From positions 1 through 44,678 of IMG/VR virus record IMGVR_UViG_3300044878_000164: DNA of 44,678 nucleotides; one strand, 5' to 3'. This document shows positions 1 to 8,200 of the stretch, one piece after another (within the stretch, counting starts at the first letter, position 1; each line of letters starts with the position of its first letter). Both the position numbers and the translations under genes were made by a program. This DNA is from a virus (taxonomy: Duplodnaviria; Caudoviricetes). The notes below the pieces were generated by a model that did not search any database, was not told where the DNA came from, and saw nothing but the letters and a program-made list of their open reading frames with translations.

Positions 1-127
1 TACGTCCGGCAAGCGTTCGGGCTCCCCGCACGGCATCCGACCGCGACCGCCGCGTGGGAGGCGTCCGCGAGCAAGCACCGGGACCGCAAGTTTCCCGCCG
101 GGCTCTGGCTGCCCGTGTGGTTCTCCC
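1..127. repeat. Terminal direct repeat (left copy), circular-assembly overlap
   Basis: 1-127 is identical to 44552-44678. Confidence 0.97.
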
Positions 128-690
128 TGGCCAACGAGCCGGCCGGGCACGTCGCACTCATGGCCCCGGACGGGTCGGTGTACTCCACGTCCGACCTCGG
201 GACCGTCCCGCACCAGCACCTCGACCTGTCCGACCTCATGAACTACTACGCCCGCTACGGAATGAGACTCACCTACCTCGGCTGGACCGAGGACGTCGCA
301 GGCTACGCCGTACTCACTGACGGCGGCATCGCCGCGCAAGGCTCAATCAAAGAAGGAGACACCCTAGACATGGCAAACGAAGACCAGCTCGAGCGCCTAC
401 TCAAGGCCGCGGACCGCATCAACGGCGTCGTGCGCGATTCCCCCGTCCTGAACGTAAAGGACGGGGCCTACATGAACCTGACCCGCGACGCGCAGCACGC
501 CGAAGTCATGGCGGCGCTCGGGAACACCCTCGATAAGAAGGACGGCGGCTACATCGTCGGCCTGATCCACGCCACGAAGCCCGGCGAAGAAGACCCCGAG
601 GCCGCGGCCGACAACCTCCTGCAGATCCTGCCGGAAAAGATAGCCGCGCAGGTCGTCGCCCTCATGGGCCAGAAGCTGGGAGGCAAGTAA
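1..690 (+). CDS. Endolysin, 3' part (starts at 44486 across the junction); CHAP/NlpC-like Cys-His peptidase/amidase
   Basis: Frame 1 is open from base 1 and continues MGYTQTVTPNPNIPCQPGWCLQ-YVRQAFG...GHVALMAPDG. The WCLQYV and GHVA motifs fit, and it lies directly upstream of a holin-like gene. Confidence 0.8.
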   Translation, partial: YVRQAFGLPARHPTATAAWEASASKHRDRKFPAGLWLPVWFSLANEPAGHVALMAPDGSVYSTSDLGTVPHQHLDLSDLMNYYARYGMRLTYLGWTEDVAGYAVLTDGGIAAQGSIKEGDTLDMANEDQLERLLKAADRINGVVRDSPVLNVKDGAYMNLTRDAQHAEVMAALGNTLDKKDGGYIVGLIHATKPGEEDPEAAADNLLQILPEKIAAQVVALMGQKLGGK

Positions 691-1001
691 TGGGCGATCA
701 CACAGCGACACCCGTGGCCACGCAGGAGCGCAACCCGCGCTCCGCAGTGCTGCGCACAGCGCTGGCCGTCACCGTCGCGGCGTTTCCGCTTCTGAACGGC
801 GTGCTGCTGGCCGTGATGGACGCGCTGCGCCCCTACGAGGTGTACCTGCCCGGCTGGGTATTCCTTGGCCTCAACGGGACGCTGATCGCGGCGACCGCAC
901 TGGCGGCAGTCGTGACCAGGGTCCTCGCCGTCCCCGGTGTCAACGAGTGGCTGCGCAAGTACCGCGTGCTCCGCTGGTTCACGCCGGAGGACAGCGCCTA
1001 G
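690..1001 (+). CDS. Holin-like membrane protein
   Basis: Two hydrophobic segments, RVLAVPGVNEWL motif typical of actinophage holins, TAATG overlap with the endolysin. Confidence 0.75.
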   Translation: MGDHTATPVATQERNPRSAVLRTALAVTVAAFPLLNGVLLAVMDALRPYEVYLPGWVFLGLNGTLIAATALAAVVTRVLAVPGVNEWLRKYRVLRWFTPEDSA

Positions 1002-1008
1002 CCCGACG

Positions 1009-1041
1009 AAAAAGCCCCCACCCTCTTCGGAGGGTGGGGGT
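1009..1041. terminator. Intrinsic terminator between convergent genes
   Basis: AAAAA-GCCCCCACCCTC-TTCG-GAGGGTGGGGGT hairpin; U-tract on the minus strand. Confidence 0.85.
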
Positions 1042-1063
1042 CATTCGTGCGTTAAATCGCCTC

Positions 1064-2218
1064 TTAGCCGGCGGCCGCTACTTCCAGCCGCTCATCCTTG
1101 AAGTCCCTAACCGCGGGCGCAAGCGCTGCCTTGAGCAATCGACGGCTCATCGGTGGCAGCGTCACGATCAGTGCTGATACCTCCACCACGGACTCTGACT
1201 CATCAAAGCCGGGCAAATCAGCGCCACGCATCCTGTCGTTGACCTCATCGGTCGCTGATGGCATGACACATTCCAGCACCAGGCGTCCGTCTTCGCCCAC
1301 AACAACCGTTTCGACGAGGTCGAATGCCGAAAGCCACAGCGTCTTACCGCCACCGTAGGCGGAAGTCGTCAAGACCTTTGTGGTGGTGTTGGCCCCAGCC
1401 ACGCGCAGGGAAGCATTCGTGTGAGCCAGGTTGAACAGGACACCTCGGACCTCTGTGCCCGGGGGCAGGACCAGTTCAACGCTTTCGGAGTGGCGCAGCT
1501 GCACGAAGCACCGGCCGATTCGTGCGGTCGAACGGTCCACGACGGTCGCTTCAACCGCGTCAGGGAGCTCCACAACGAGGCTCGTCCTCACGGCATCGAC
1601 CACCCGGCTCGTCCGGACGGTCGAAAGTTCGCCGGAATCAAACATGTGCGTGAGGTGCTCTGCCGCCCACTGCCCGAGCTGCTGAGCGATCCTCGGCGCC
1701 AGATGCGGCTCATCGTTGAAGAGTTCGCGGATCGGCTCACCGGTCTCCTCCGCATAGTCCGTTACGAACTTGTATCCATCGAGGCAGATGATCCCATGCT
1801 CGACACATGCGTCAAGCATGAACTGCCGGATGCTCTTCTGCGGGTCCGTAGTGGGGTTCACGGAAAGGCCGGCGGTCGGCATCAGAAGCATCACCGGTAT
1901 GACGTTCTGAGCCGCGGCCCAGGCAGTGATGTCAATGAACTGCTGGTGCGCCTGTTCGGGCACGAACATGTCGAGATTCATAAGGCGCTGCTGGTTCGGG
2001 GCCAGATCCAAGACGATGAAGTCAGCTTCCATGCCTTCGAGTTCCTTCAGGAGAACGGGCAGCACGCACGAATGGCTGGCACCGATCGCAAAGCTGCCGA
2101 CGATCGGGAGACCTGCCTCCCGAAGACCATCCGCGTAGCCGCCCTGAATGAACGAGTTTGATGTCCCGGCCACGAGGACCCGGGGGGCCCCAGTGGGGTG
2201 GTCGCTGTTTGCAGTCAT
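1064..2218 (-). CDS. SGNH/GDSL hydrolase-family accessory protein
   Basis: Block I-like AGTSNS, block II AIGAS, block III DLAPN, block V DEPH; GGAG RBS; opposite strand, next to attP. Confidence 0.7.
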   Translation of the reverse strand: MTANSDHPTGAPRVLVAGTSNSFIQGGYADGLREAGLPIVGSFAIGASHSCVLPVLLKELEGMEADFIVLDLAPNQQRLMNLDMFVPEQAHQQFIDITAWAAAQNVIPVMLLMPTAGLSVNPTTDPQKSIRQFMLDACVEHGIICLDGYKFVTDYAEETGEPIRELFNDEPHLAPRIAQQLGQWAAEHLTHMFDSGELSTVRTSRVVDAVRTSLVVELPDAVEATVVDRSTARIGRCFVQLRHSESVELVLPPGTEVRGVLFNLAHTNASLRVAGANTTTKVLTTSAYGGGKTLWLSAFDLVETVVVGEDGRLVLECVMPSATDEVNDRMRGADLPGFDESESVVEVSALIVTLPPMSRRLLKAALAPAVRDFKDERLEVAAAG

Positions 2219-2301
2219 GAGGTCTCCGCTGGCTCTATCAGTAGTGAACTATGACATTCTCACACGGCGGCGCACCTGATCCGGGCGGCTACGATGGCGC
2301 C

Positions 2302-2658
2302 ATGGCATCGTTCACCCTCGACGGGGAAACCTACGAGTACCTCCGCCCGGATCCCGGGCACCCGGCGGAGGAGACCCGATCATGGGAGTACGGGAACTAC
2401 CCCAAGGTCATGGCCAGCGTCCCTCTCGCTGGCGGCCGGACGGTGGATGTCTACGCCGTCGCCGAACGCTGGAACCCGTCTTATGTCCTCGTGGCCTGGG
2501 CCGACGACGCCGGGCACAAGCACTGGGCGTGGGTCCCCGCCGGCAACATCCGGCGCGTCACGGACTCCGAATGGGACATCGAGGAATACCGCCGCTGCCC
2601 CGAAAAGCTACGCCCCATCCGCTGGGGCAACAGGCTCCCGGGGTTTCTGCCCGCCTGA
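2302..2658 (+). CDS. Hypothetical protein (Trp-rich), probably leaderless
   Basis: High-GC codon pattern; TACGAT at 2290-2295 is 6 nt before ATG 2302. Confidence 0.7.
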   Translation: MASFTLDGETYEYLRPDPGHPAEETRSWEYGNYPKVMASVPLAGGRTVDVYAVAERWNPSYVLVAWADDAGHKHWAWVPAGNIRRVTDSEWDIEEYRRCPEKLRPIRWGNRLPGFLPA

Positions 2659-2662
2659 CTCT

Positions 2663-2684
2663 TTGGGAGGATTCTGGGAGGATC
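2663..2684 (+). repeat. Integrase arm-type site pair (left)
   Basis: TTGGGAGGATTCTGGGAGGATC, identical to 2918-2939; contains TGGGAGGAT twice. Confidence 0.75.
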
Positions 2685-2782
2685 AGCCCCGGCAGGGCAT
2701 GGTCACTTACTGTAACTTCCCTAGCTTTCCCGTGGATTACTCAGGGAATTTTCCCGGCCGCGACACGCCGTCGGGGGAACAG

Positions 2783-2823
2783 AAAACCCCGCCAATCCGG
2801 GGAACTTACCGGACTGGCGGGGT
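2783..2823 (-). terminator. Terminator downstream of the attP tRNA fragment
   Basis: Minus strand ACCCCGCCAGTCCGG...CCGGATTGGCGGGGT-TTT, just 3' of the tRNA fragment. Confidence 0.75.
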
Positions 2824-2833
2824 AGGGAATTCT

Positions 2834-2881
2834 GTGGGTCCTACCGGGATCGAACCGATGACATCCACGGTGTAAACGTGG
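2834..2881 (-). other. attP common core: 3' portion of tRNA-Val(TAC)
   Basis: Reverse complement CCACG-TT-TAC-AC-CGTGG ATGTC ATCGG-TTCGATC-CCGGT AGGACCC-AC gives anticodon arm, T arm and 3' acceptor strand. No 5' half. Adjacent to the integrase 3' end. Confidence 0.9.
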
Positions 2882-2896
2882 GGATATTGCCCGGTA

Positions 2897-4039
2897 TCAC
2901 GCGGGTTTTTCGAGCCCTTGGGAGGATTCTGGGAGGATCGTGGCGGCGTGGGCGTTGATGAGGGCGTCCATCCGGGCCGCGACGTCGGACAGTTCCTGGT
3001 CGAACAGGCCCGCGTACACGTCGAGGGTGATCTTCGCGGACGCGTGCCCGAGCATCCTTTGGACGGACTTCACCGATGCCCCGGAATGGATCGCCAGGGA
3101 CGCCGCGGTGTGCCGCAGGTCGTGGACCCACAGCTCGGCCGGGAGTCCGGCAGCGGTGACGGCGGGGTCGTAGTCGCGGCGTTTGAAGTTGTTCGACCGC
3201 ATCGCCTTTCCCCGCGGGGTCGGGAACAGCAGGTCGTCCCGGCTCTTCCCCACCAGCCGGGGTGCCAGCATCCCGGTAATGAACGTCGTCACCGGCACGT
3301 CCCGTTCCTGCCCGCCCTTCGGCGGGCCGATGAGCATGCGGCCTTCGACGTCGGTGATGGACCGGGCCACCCGGATCCGCTGGCGCCGCAGCTGGACATC
3401 CTTTACCCGCAGTTCGGCGGCTTCGCCAAAGCGGAGCCCGGTGGTCGCAAGGAACCAGATGAGGTCACGGTAGTGGGGTTTGATGGCGTCGGCCAGTGCT
3501 TCTACTTCGGGGATGGTCAGGTAGATGTGCTCCCGCTTCACCCCTTTGGGGAGGTTCACGCCTTTGGCCGGCGAGGCGGTGAGTCTCCCTTCTTCGACGC
3601 ACCAGTTCAGGAACGACCGGAACCGGCCGTAGATCGTGTCGACGGTGCGGGCGGCTTTCCCCATTCCGGACACCCATGCCTGGATGTCGGCGCGGGTGAT
3701 GTCGGCCAGGATCTTCCCGCCCCAGTACGGTTTGATGGTGGCGCGGATGTCGGACTTGGTCGCGGCGAGGGTGGACGGTTTGAGCTGGGCCTGCGCGGTG
3801 ACCCATTCCTCTAGGAGGTCACGGACGAAGACCCGGCCGCGGTCTTGGGAGACGTAGGTCCCGGAACGCTGGTTGTGTTCCACCCATGTGAGGTGGGCTT
3901 TGGCTGAGTCCTTCGAGGCGAAGGCTAGCTTCCGGTCCTGGCCGGCCTCGGTCCATACGGCCTGCCAGCGCTTCCCCTTCCCGTAGAGCGGGGTCCGGGT
4001 TTTGTCCTTCCGGACCCAGCGGTCGTCGACGCGGGACAT
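2897..4039 (-). CDS. int: Tyrosine integrase
   Basis: TGLRFGE (R), HDLRH, LGH and DVY catalytic motifs. Probable start MSRVDDRW at 4039 overlaps the upstream stop (TAATG). Confidence 0.95.
   Translation of the reverse strand: MSRVDDRWVRKDKTRTPLYGKGKRWQAVWTEAGQDRKLAFASKDSAKAHLTWVEHNQRSGTYVSQDRGRVFVRDLLEEWVTAQAQLKPSTLAATKSDIRATIKPYWGGKILADITRADIQAWVSGMGKAARTVDTIYGRFRSFLNWCVEEGRLTASPAKGVNLPKGVKREHIYLTIPEVEALADAIKPHYRDLIWFLATTGLRFGEAAELRVKDVQLRRQRIRVARSITDVEGRMLIGPPKGGQERDVPVTTFITGMLAPRLVGKSRDDLLFPTPRGKAMRSNNFKRRDYDPAVTAAGLPAELWVHDLRHTAASLAIHSGASVKSVQRMLGHASAKITLDVYAGLFDQELSDVAARMDALINAHAATILPESSQGLEKPA
2918..2939 (+). repeat. Integrase arm-type site pair (right), inside the int 3' end
   Basis: Identical 22-mer to 2663-2684, on the other side of the core. 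Confidence 0.75.
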
Positions 4040-4356
4040 TAGAGGAGCTCGTGGCCGATGAGGCGCTGCATGATGAGCCATTCGTCGACGTCGAGGTCGG
4101 CGAGGTAGGCGCGGACGTCGGCGGGGCCGACGCAGAGGGCCGCGGCGATCATGTCGACCCTGTGTTCGGTGCGGGCCGCGTTGAGGAGCGCCCGGGGTGA
4201 GATGAGGCGGCGGGCCGCCCGCGCTGCGGCTTGTGCGCAGCGGTCGGGGCAGTCGGTGCCGTAGTAGGTGTGCGCCTCGGCGTGCACCCTTGATGACCGG
4301 TCGATTTCGTGCAGTCCCCCCAGGGGCTTTTCTTGCAACATCTGTAATGCCCTCAC
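4039..4356 (-). CDS. ImmA/IrrE-like protein, short, with degenerate HExxH (HAEAH)
   Basis: Sits between repressor and integrase. RSSRVHAEAHTYYG...AARRLI...IAAALCV resembles ImmA/IrrE (LAHELGH...AARRLI...IAxELxV). Confidence 0.6.
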   Translation of the reverse strand: MRALQMLQEKPLGGLHEIDRSSRVHAEAHTYYGTDCPDRCAQAAARAARRLISPRALLNAARTEHRVDMIAAALCVGPADVRAYLADLDVDEWLIMQRLIGHELL

Positions 4357-4466
4357 TAATGAAATCCACCCCTCGGTGGGGTGCCGCTGTCAGGCTACAG
4401 GGTTCCGTAGGTTTCCGTAATTGTCGGGGGTGTGTGCTTGCTGCCGGGGACTGCTGTGAGACCTGT

Positions 4467-4892
4467 TTACCGGGCGATAAACCTGTTTTTATAGTTACGG
4501 AATCGATATGTTAGCTCCGCGAGGAGTTCCTCGTCGGTGAGCTGGTTGGCGCGGGTTACCGGGCCTTCCCGATAGCCGTTTTCCTCCTGGTCGAGGTCCG
4601 CCCAGGTCGCCTCGCCGGCCCCTTCGCGCATGGTTGCCAGCGTCACCGAACCCGGGGCGATGTCGGCGGCTTCATCCAAGACTTTTTTGATCGATCCGGC
4701 CCGCCATTTGAGGGCGCGTTCTACCTTGCGCTGGCTGTTTTCCGTAGGGACTCGGGTGCCTCTTTCCATCGTGGCGTAGGTCTTGGCGTCGAGTTCGGCG
4801 ACCTTTGCGAAAGCGACCTGGGAGACTCCTGTTGCGAGGCGGGCGTCTTTGATGAGCTGGGCGATGGTTTGGAGGGCTTCTTCTGGTTTCAC
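4467..4892 (-). CDS. Immunity repressor (XRE-family HTH)
   Basis: LIKDARLATGVSQVAFAKVAELDAKTYATMERGTRVP HTH; divergent from cro; probable leaderless GTG start at 4892. Confidence 0.8.
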   Translation of the reverse strand: MKPEEALQTIAQLIKDARLATGVSQVAFAKVAELDAKTYATMERGTRVPTENSQRKVERALKWRAGSIKKVLDEAADIAPGSVTLATMREGAGEATWADLDQEENGYREGPVTRANQLTDEELLAELTYRFRNYKNRFIAR

Positions 4893-4898
4893 AGCCCC

Positions 4899-4927
4899 AT
4901 CGTCCTGTACTTTGTTTGCCCTTACAA
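4899..4927 (-). promoter_or_regulatory. Repressor promoter (sigmaA-like, leaderless)
   Basis: Minus strand TTGTAA-17 nt-GACGAT-6 nt-GTG. Confidence 0.6.
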
Positions 4928-4977
4928 GTGGCGTGGTTTCCTGAGCTTTCCCTTGGAACGCCCAAGTTTCCGGCGAT

Positions 4978-4993
4978 TCGAACACATATTCGA
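4978..4993. promoter_or_regulatory. LexA (SOS) box, actinobacterial type
   Basis: TCGAAC-ACAT-ATTCGA versus consensus TCGAAC-N4-GTTCGA (1 mismatch), in the repressor/cro intergenic region. Confidence 0.65.
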
Positions 4994-5046
4994 AAATTAC
5001 ATACCTGTAGTTCCCGCACCCGAAACGCCCGGTTGGAGAGAATTAC

Positions 5047-5075
5047 TTGCATGTTTCCCTAGGATTCCCTAGGAT
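5047..5075 (+). promoter_or_regulatory. Early lytic (cro) promoter with overlapping operator-like repeats
   Basis: TTGCAT-17 nt-TAGGAT-6 nt-ATG 5082; TTCCCTAGGA occurs twice across the spacer and -10. Confidence 0.75.
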
Positions 5076-5081
5076 GCCTGT

Positions 5082-5354
5082 ATGACCACAACAGCCAAAC
5101 GGCCCTACAAGCCCCGCCGCCACAACGACACCGACCCCGCCAAAACCGGCCGCCTGATCCGCCAGCTCCGGATCAACAAGGAGATGAGCCAGGCCGAACT
5201 CGCGACGGCCGCCGGCTACACGCACCAGGCCAGCATCTGCCGGATCGAGGCCGGGACGATGCCCATCCCGGACGGGAAACTGATCAAGGTGGCCCGCTAC
5301 CTCGGGGTGGACCCGGACAAGATCCGCAAGCCCGCCGTGAAGGTCGCCCGATGA
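5082..5354 (+). CDS. Cro-like XRE HTH regulator
   Basis: LIRQLRINKEMSQAELATAAGYTHQASICRIEAG HTH; first gene of the rightward early operon. Confidence 0.85.
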   Translation: MTTTAKRPYKPRRHNDTDPAKTGRLIRQLRINKEMSQAELATAAGYTHQASICRIEAGTMPIPDGKLIKVARYLGVDPDKIRKPAVKVAR

Positions 5355-5788
5355 GCGCCCGGCATCGAGTGGGCCTCGTCGGATGCGCCTCAACGAAGCT
5401 ACGCCGCCCGGCGCCGGCACGCGAGCTCTACGTGTCGCAGCTGTTCAAGAAGGCCTCCGCCTACGCCGAAACCACGTGCGATCGCTGGTACATCCTCTCC
5501 GCCAAACATGGACTCGTGCACCCGGACTCGGTCCTTGAGCCGTACGACATGAAGCTCGGCGCGAGCACCAGCGGCCAGGAACCCATTCACAACTGGGCGG
5601 ACCGCGTACGCAAGCAGTTGGCGGCTGAACTGGGGGACGTTCCCGGCGTGGGTCTCGTTGTCCTCGCCGGCGCCCAGTATCAGACCATCGTTCGCCCCTG
5701 TCAGTGGCCGTTCGAGATCCCCATGCAGGGGCTCGGCATCGGTCAGCAGCTTGGATACCTCACGAGCCAGCTGCGGGACGCGGCATGA
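5351..5788 (+). CDS. DUF6884-like protein
   Basis: LVGCASTK...ARELYVSQLF...WYILSAKHGLV...PYD...LAGAQY...GLGIGQQL pattern. Confidence 0.7.
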   Translation: MSARHRVGLVGCASTKLRRPAPARELYVSQLFKKASAYAETTCDRWYILSAKHGLVHPDSVLEPYDMKLGASTSGQEPIHNWADRVRKQLAAELGDVPGVGLVVLAGAQYQTIVRPCQWPFEIPMQGLGIGQQLGYLTSQLRDAA

Positions 5789-5940
5789 AAGAAAAAGTGA
5801 AGCTGTGCCGGGCGATCGGTGGCAACGACTTGGACGCTGCCCACATGTGCCTCTGCTCCAGCGCCGACTGGCATCTGGAAGCCGGCCTCAAGTACCACGG
5901 GTGCGATTGCGGCCGGTCATGGAAAGGCGAGGCCCGGTGA
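5785..5940 (+). CDS. Small Cys/His-rich hypothetical protein
   Basis: ATGA overlap; HMCLC...HGCDCGRSW. Confidence 0.6.
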   Translation: MKEKVKLCRAIGGNDLDAAHMCLCSSADWHLEAGLKYHGCDCGRSWKGEAR

Positions 5941-6128
5941 GTGAGCCCATGAAGCGTGGGACGCGCCGAAACCTGTCCACCCAGCCCATCCAAGGCAGCC
6001 GAGCCAAACCGGCCAAGGTCAAACACGAACCCATCAGTCCGGATGAACTCGCGGAGATCGTCGAGCACGCCCGGCTGACCCGAATTGAAATCGACATCGC
6101 CGAATACGGCAGGAGGAAAGCATCATGA
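5937..6128 (+). CDS. Hypothetical protein
   Basis: GTGA/ATGA coupling on both sides. Confidence 0.55.
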   Translation: MSEPMKRGTRRNLSTQPIQGSRAKPAKVKHEPISPDELAEIVEHARLTRIEIDIAEYGRRKAS

Positions 6129-6544
6129 TCACCCAACAGCGACTCAACGAGATCCGCGAGACCGTTACGGCCGCCACTCCGAACGGGCCGTGGCAGGCAT
6201 CCTGGGACAGCTGCGACGAGGAGTACTGCAGCTGCCCCGACGGCGGCCGCTTCATCCACGCGATCTACGGGCCCAACAGCGTGAGCTACAGCAAAGAGCC
6301 GGAAGACAGCGTGCTCCGGGTCTACGCCAAGCAAGTCACCGAGGTCTGCGACTTCACGAATGAAGCTGCCCAGTTCGTCGCCGAAGCACCCCAGGTCGTC
6401 CACGAGCTCCTCGCCGAGGTCGAACGCCAACGAGCAAGATCCAAGTTCTTCGAGCGAGCTGCAGCAAAAGCCACGCGGAAACTAAACGACATGGCCGATG
6501 CTCACGAGCAGTGCGATGTCAGCCAGGAGGAGCAAGCATCATGA
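6125..6544 (+). CDS. Hypothetical phage protein (Ea22-like AATPxGPW...AQFVAEA pattern)
   Basis: RBS AGGAGG, coupled start/stop, motif common in phage early proteins. Confidence 0.7.
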   Translation: MITQQRLNEIRETVTAATPNGPWQASWDSCDEEYCSCPDGGRFIHAIYGPNSVSYSKEPEDSVLRVYAKQVTEVCDFTNEAAQFVAEAPQVVHELLAEVERQRARSKFFERAAAKATRKLNDMADAHEQCDVSQEEQAS

Positions 6545-6807
6545 CGCAGGCAATAGCCCTTGAAGACCTGGACTGGATGGCGGATGCCCACGAGGTGCTG
6601 GTCAAGGTGGCCGCGGAGGGGAAGCCGTTCGATGCGTACGCTCTCACCGAGAAGGCCGAGCTCCGCGATCCGCCGTCGCCGGCCATGTGGGGGAAGCTCT
6701 TCCGGCAGGCGAACGATGCGGGCGTGATCAAGGTTGTCGGGTTCCACAGGTCCCGCCGCCCGGGCCGCTCCGGCGGAGCCTGCCGGGTCTGGCAGGTAGC
6801 GGCATGA
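6541..6807 (+). CDS. Hypothetical protein, possibly winged-helix
   Basis: RBS GGAGGAG; WGKLFRQA...GVIKVVG...S.R...RVW pattern. Confidence 0.65.
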   Translation: MTQAIALEDLDWMADAHEVLVKVAAEGKPFDAYALTEKAELRDPPSPAMWGKLFRQANDAGVIKVVGFHRSRRPGRSGGACRVWQVAA

Positions 6808-6980
6808 AACCCATCCATGTTTATCAGTGCAAGAAGGACTGCTGCGTGGTCCGGGTTCCGTCTAAACGGTTTTGGTTCGTCCGGACACCTGCGGGCCGGG
6901 AGACGTTCTCATCCTTCCGTGACGCGACGTTCTACGCCGGTTACGTGGCCTCTGCCATCCCCCAGGAGGTAACAGCATGA
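6804..6980 (+). CDS. Hypothetical protein
   Basis: ATGA coupling; 58 aa. Confidence 0.55.
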   Translation: MKPIHVYQCKKDCCVVRVPSKRFWFVRTPAGRETFSSFRDATFYAGYVASAIPQEVTA

Positions 6981-7171
6981 GCGCGGACGCGAAGGTCTCC
7001 GAGGTCGCCGAGCACCTCGGCCTGCACCCCGAAAGTGTCCGCATCCTGGCCCGATCCAACGAGTTCCCCAACGCATACAAGACCGGGGCCGGGAAAGTGA
7101 ACTCCCCTATCCGGATCCCCTGGTCTGATGTGGAGGACTACCGGAAGAAGCAGCCGAGGGTCCACGGATGA
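6977..7171 (+). CDS. xis: Excisionase-like HTH (MerR/HTH_17)
   Basis: KVSEVAEHLGLHPESVRILARSNEFPNAYK...IRIPWSDVEDY; GGAGG RBS. Confidence 0.7.
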   Translation: MSADAKVSEVAEHLGLHPESVRILARSNEFPNAYKTGAGKVNSPIRIPWSDVEDYRKKQPRVHG

Positions 7172-7362
7172 GCGCCACGCTGTTCGACGCCTACACAACG
7201 TATTGCTTCTACGGCTGCGACCATGTCGTCGTCGACGTCGACCCTGTGAAGTCCAACGACACGATGGAGCGCCACTACTGGGACAACCACTACACCCAGC
7301 AGGACCGCGACACCTTGCGGGCCGCCGGCCAGCCCGCAAGTCGCGTCGGAGTGAAGTCGTGA
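7168..7362 (+). CDS. Small hypothetical protein (C/H-rich)
   Basis: ATGA coupling; CFYGCDH...MERHY. Confidence 0.6.
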   Translation: MSATLFDAYTTYCFYGCDHVVVDVDPVKSNDTMERHYWDNHYTQQDRDTLRAAGQPASRVGVKS

Positions 7363-7652
7363 CTCCGGAGGAGCTGTTGTTCGCTGCGGTCCGTCAGGCG
7401 ATCAACGACGCGGAGGGTGCGGCCGGCACCCCGGACCACCTGCTGGATCTGCAGACCGCGGCTGCTCTCGGGGCGATGCGCCGCCTCGGCTGGGTCAAGG
7501 CGGCCGGGTGGGAGTACGCCGTGATGGACCGGGACGTGACGGCGGAGATCGGCTTCAACACGGAGTCCCAGGCGCGGGCGTGGCTCGTGGAGCACCCGGG
7601 CCCGTTCATGGTGGAGCGCCGCCCTGTCGGGGTGTGGGAGCCGCTGTCGTGA
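7359..7652 (+). CDS. Hypothetical protein
   Basis: GTGA coupling; WEYAV...ERRPVGVWEP pattern. Confidence 0.6.
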   Translation: MTPEELLFAAVRQAINDAEGAAGTPDHLLDLQTAAALGAMRRLGWVKAAGWEYAVMDRDVTAEIGFNTESQARAWLVEHPGPFMVERRPVGVWEPLS

Positions 7653-7715
7653 CACCTGATTACCGTGGATTACCGAGCCCTCCCTATTTTTTTGCCCTTT
7701 TCCCGCGCTTTCATG

Positions 7716-7791
7716 TGGAATATTAGGGAAACCTAGGGTAAGCTCGGGTACATAGAACAAAGAGGCCCGGAAGCGCGAACTTCCGGACCTC
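7716..7791 (+). promoter_or_regulatory. Promoter/operator region with 10-bp repeats and leader hairpin
   Basis: TGGAATATTA GGGAAACCTA GGGTAAGCTC GGGTA, then CAAAGA and hairpin 7762-7791. Confidence 0.6.
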
Positions 7792-7819
7792 ACACCACCA
7801 CTACCAGTCAAAGGAACTA

Positions 7820-8200
7820 GTGATGATCAAGCTCAAGTCTAACCCGGCACCCTACGAGTTCACCAAGGACACCGCCTCAAAGCTCATCTTCGCCGAGGTC
7901 AAGCACTTCACCGAAGAGTGCAGCATCCACGGACCCTCCGAAGACGAACTGCAGACCCTCACCCGCCGCCTGTCCTGGCTCGTCGACCGTGACATCCGCT
8001 GGACCGACGTCGATCTCCTCGTCTCCTACGCCAAGGAGCTCCGCACCATCGACGCCGGAACCCACCCGAACCTCCGCGTCGACGCTGCCGGCACCGTCGA
8101 CAACACCGGCCACCTCACCGACTCCCTGATGCTGAACATGTTCTGGGAAATCAACCTCACCCTCGGCGACCTGCGCCCCCGTCTGGAGCTGGCGGCATGA
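7820..8200 (+). CDS. Hypothetical protein
   Basis: AAGGA RBS; strong C-ending codon bias. Confidence 0.75.
   Translation: MMIKLKSNPAPYEFTKDTASKLIFAEVKHFTEECSIHGPSEDELQTLTRRLSWLVDRDIRWTDVDLLVSYAKELRTIDAGTHPNLRVDAAGTVDNTGHLTDSLMLNMFWEINLTLGDLRPRLELAA

Noticed and set aside
1-127. 127-bp terminal repeat as biological phage termini
   Set aside because: It falls mid-endolysin and matches a common assembler k-mer length; most likely a circular-contig overlap.
2834-2881. Functional tRNA-Val gene
   Set aside because: The 5' acceptor strand and D arm are absent; it is the attP core.
4040-4369. N-terminal extension of the integrase (490-aa ORF)
   Set aside because: Low-complexity Arg/Pro-rich sequence overlapping the ImmA-like gene in another frame; the real start is likely 4039.
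2834-4892. Integration-dependent immunity (attP within the repressor gene)
   Set aside because: attP is downstream of int, not inside the repressor gene.
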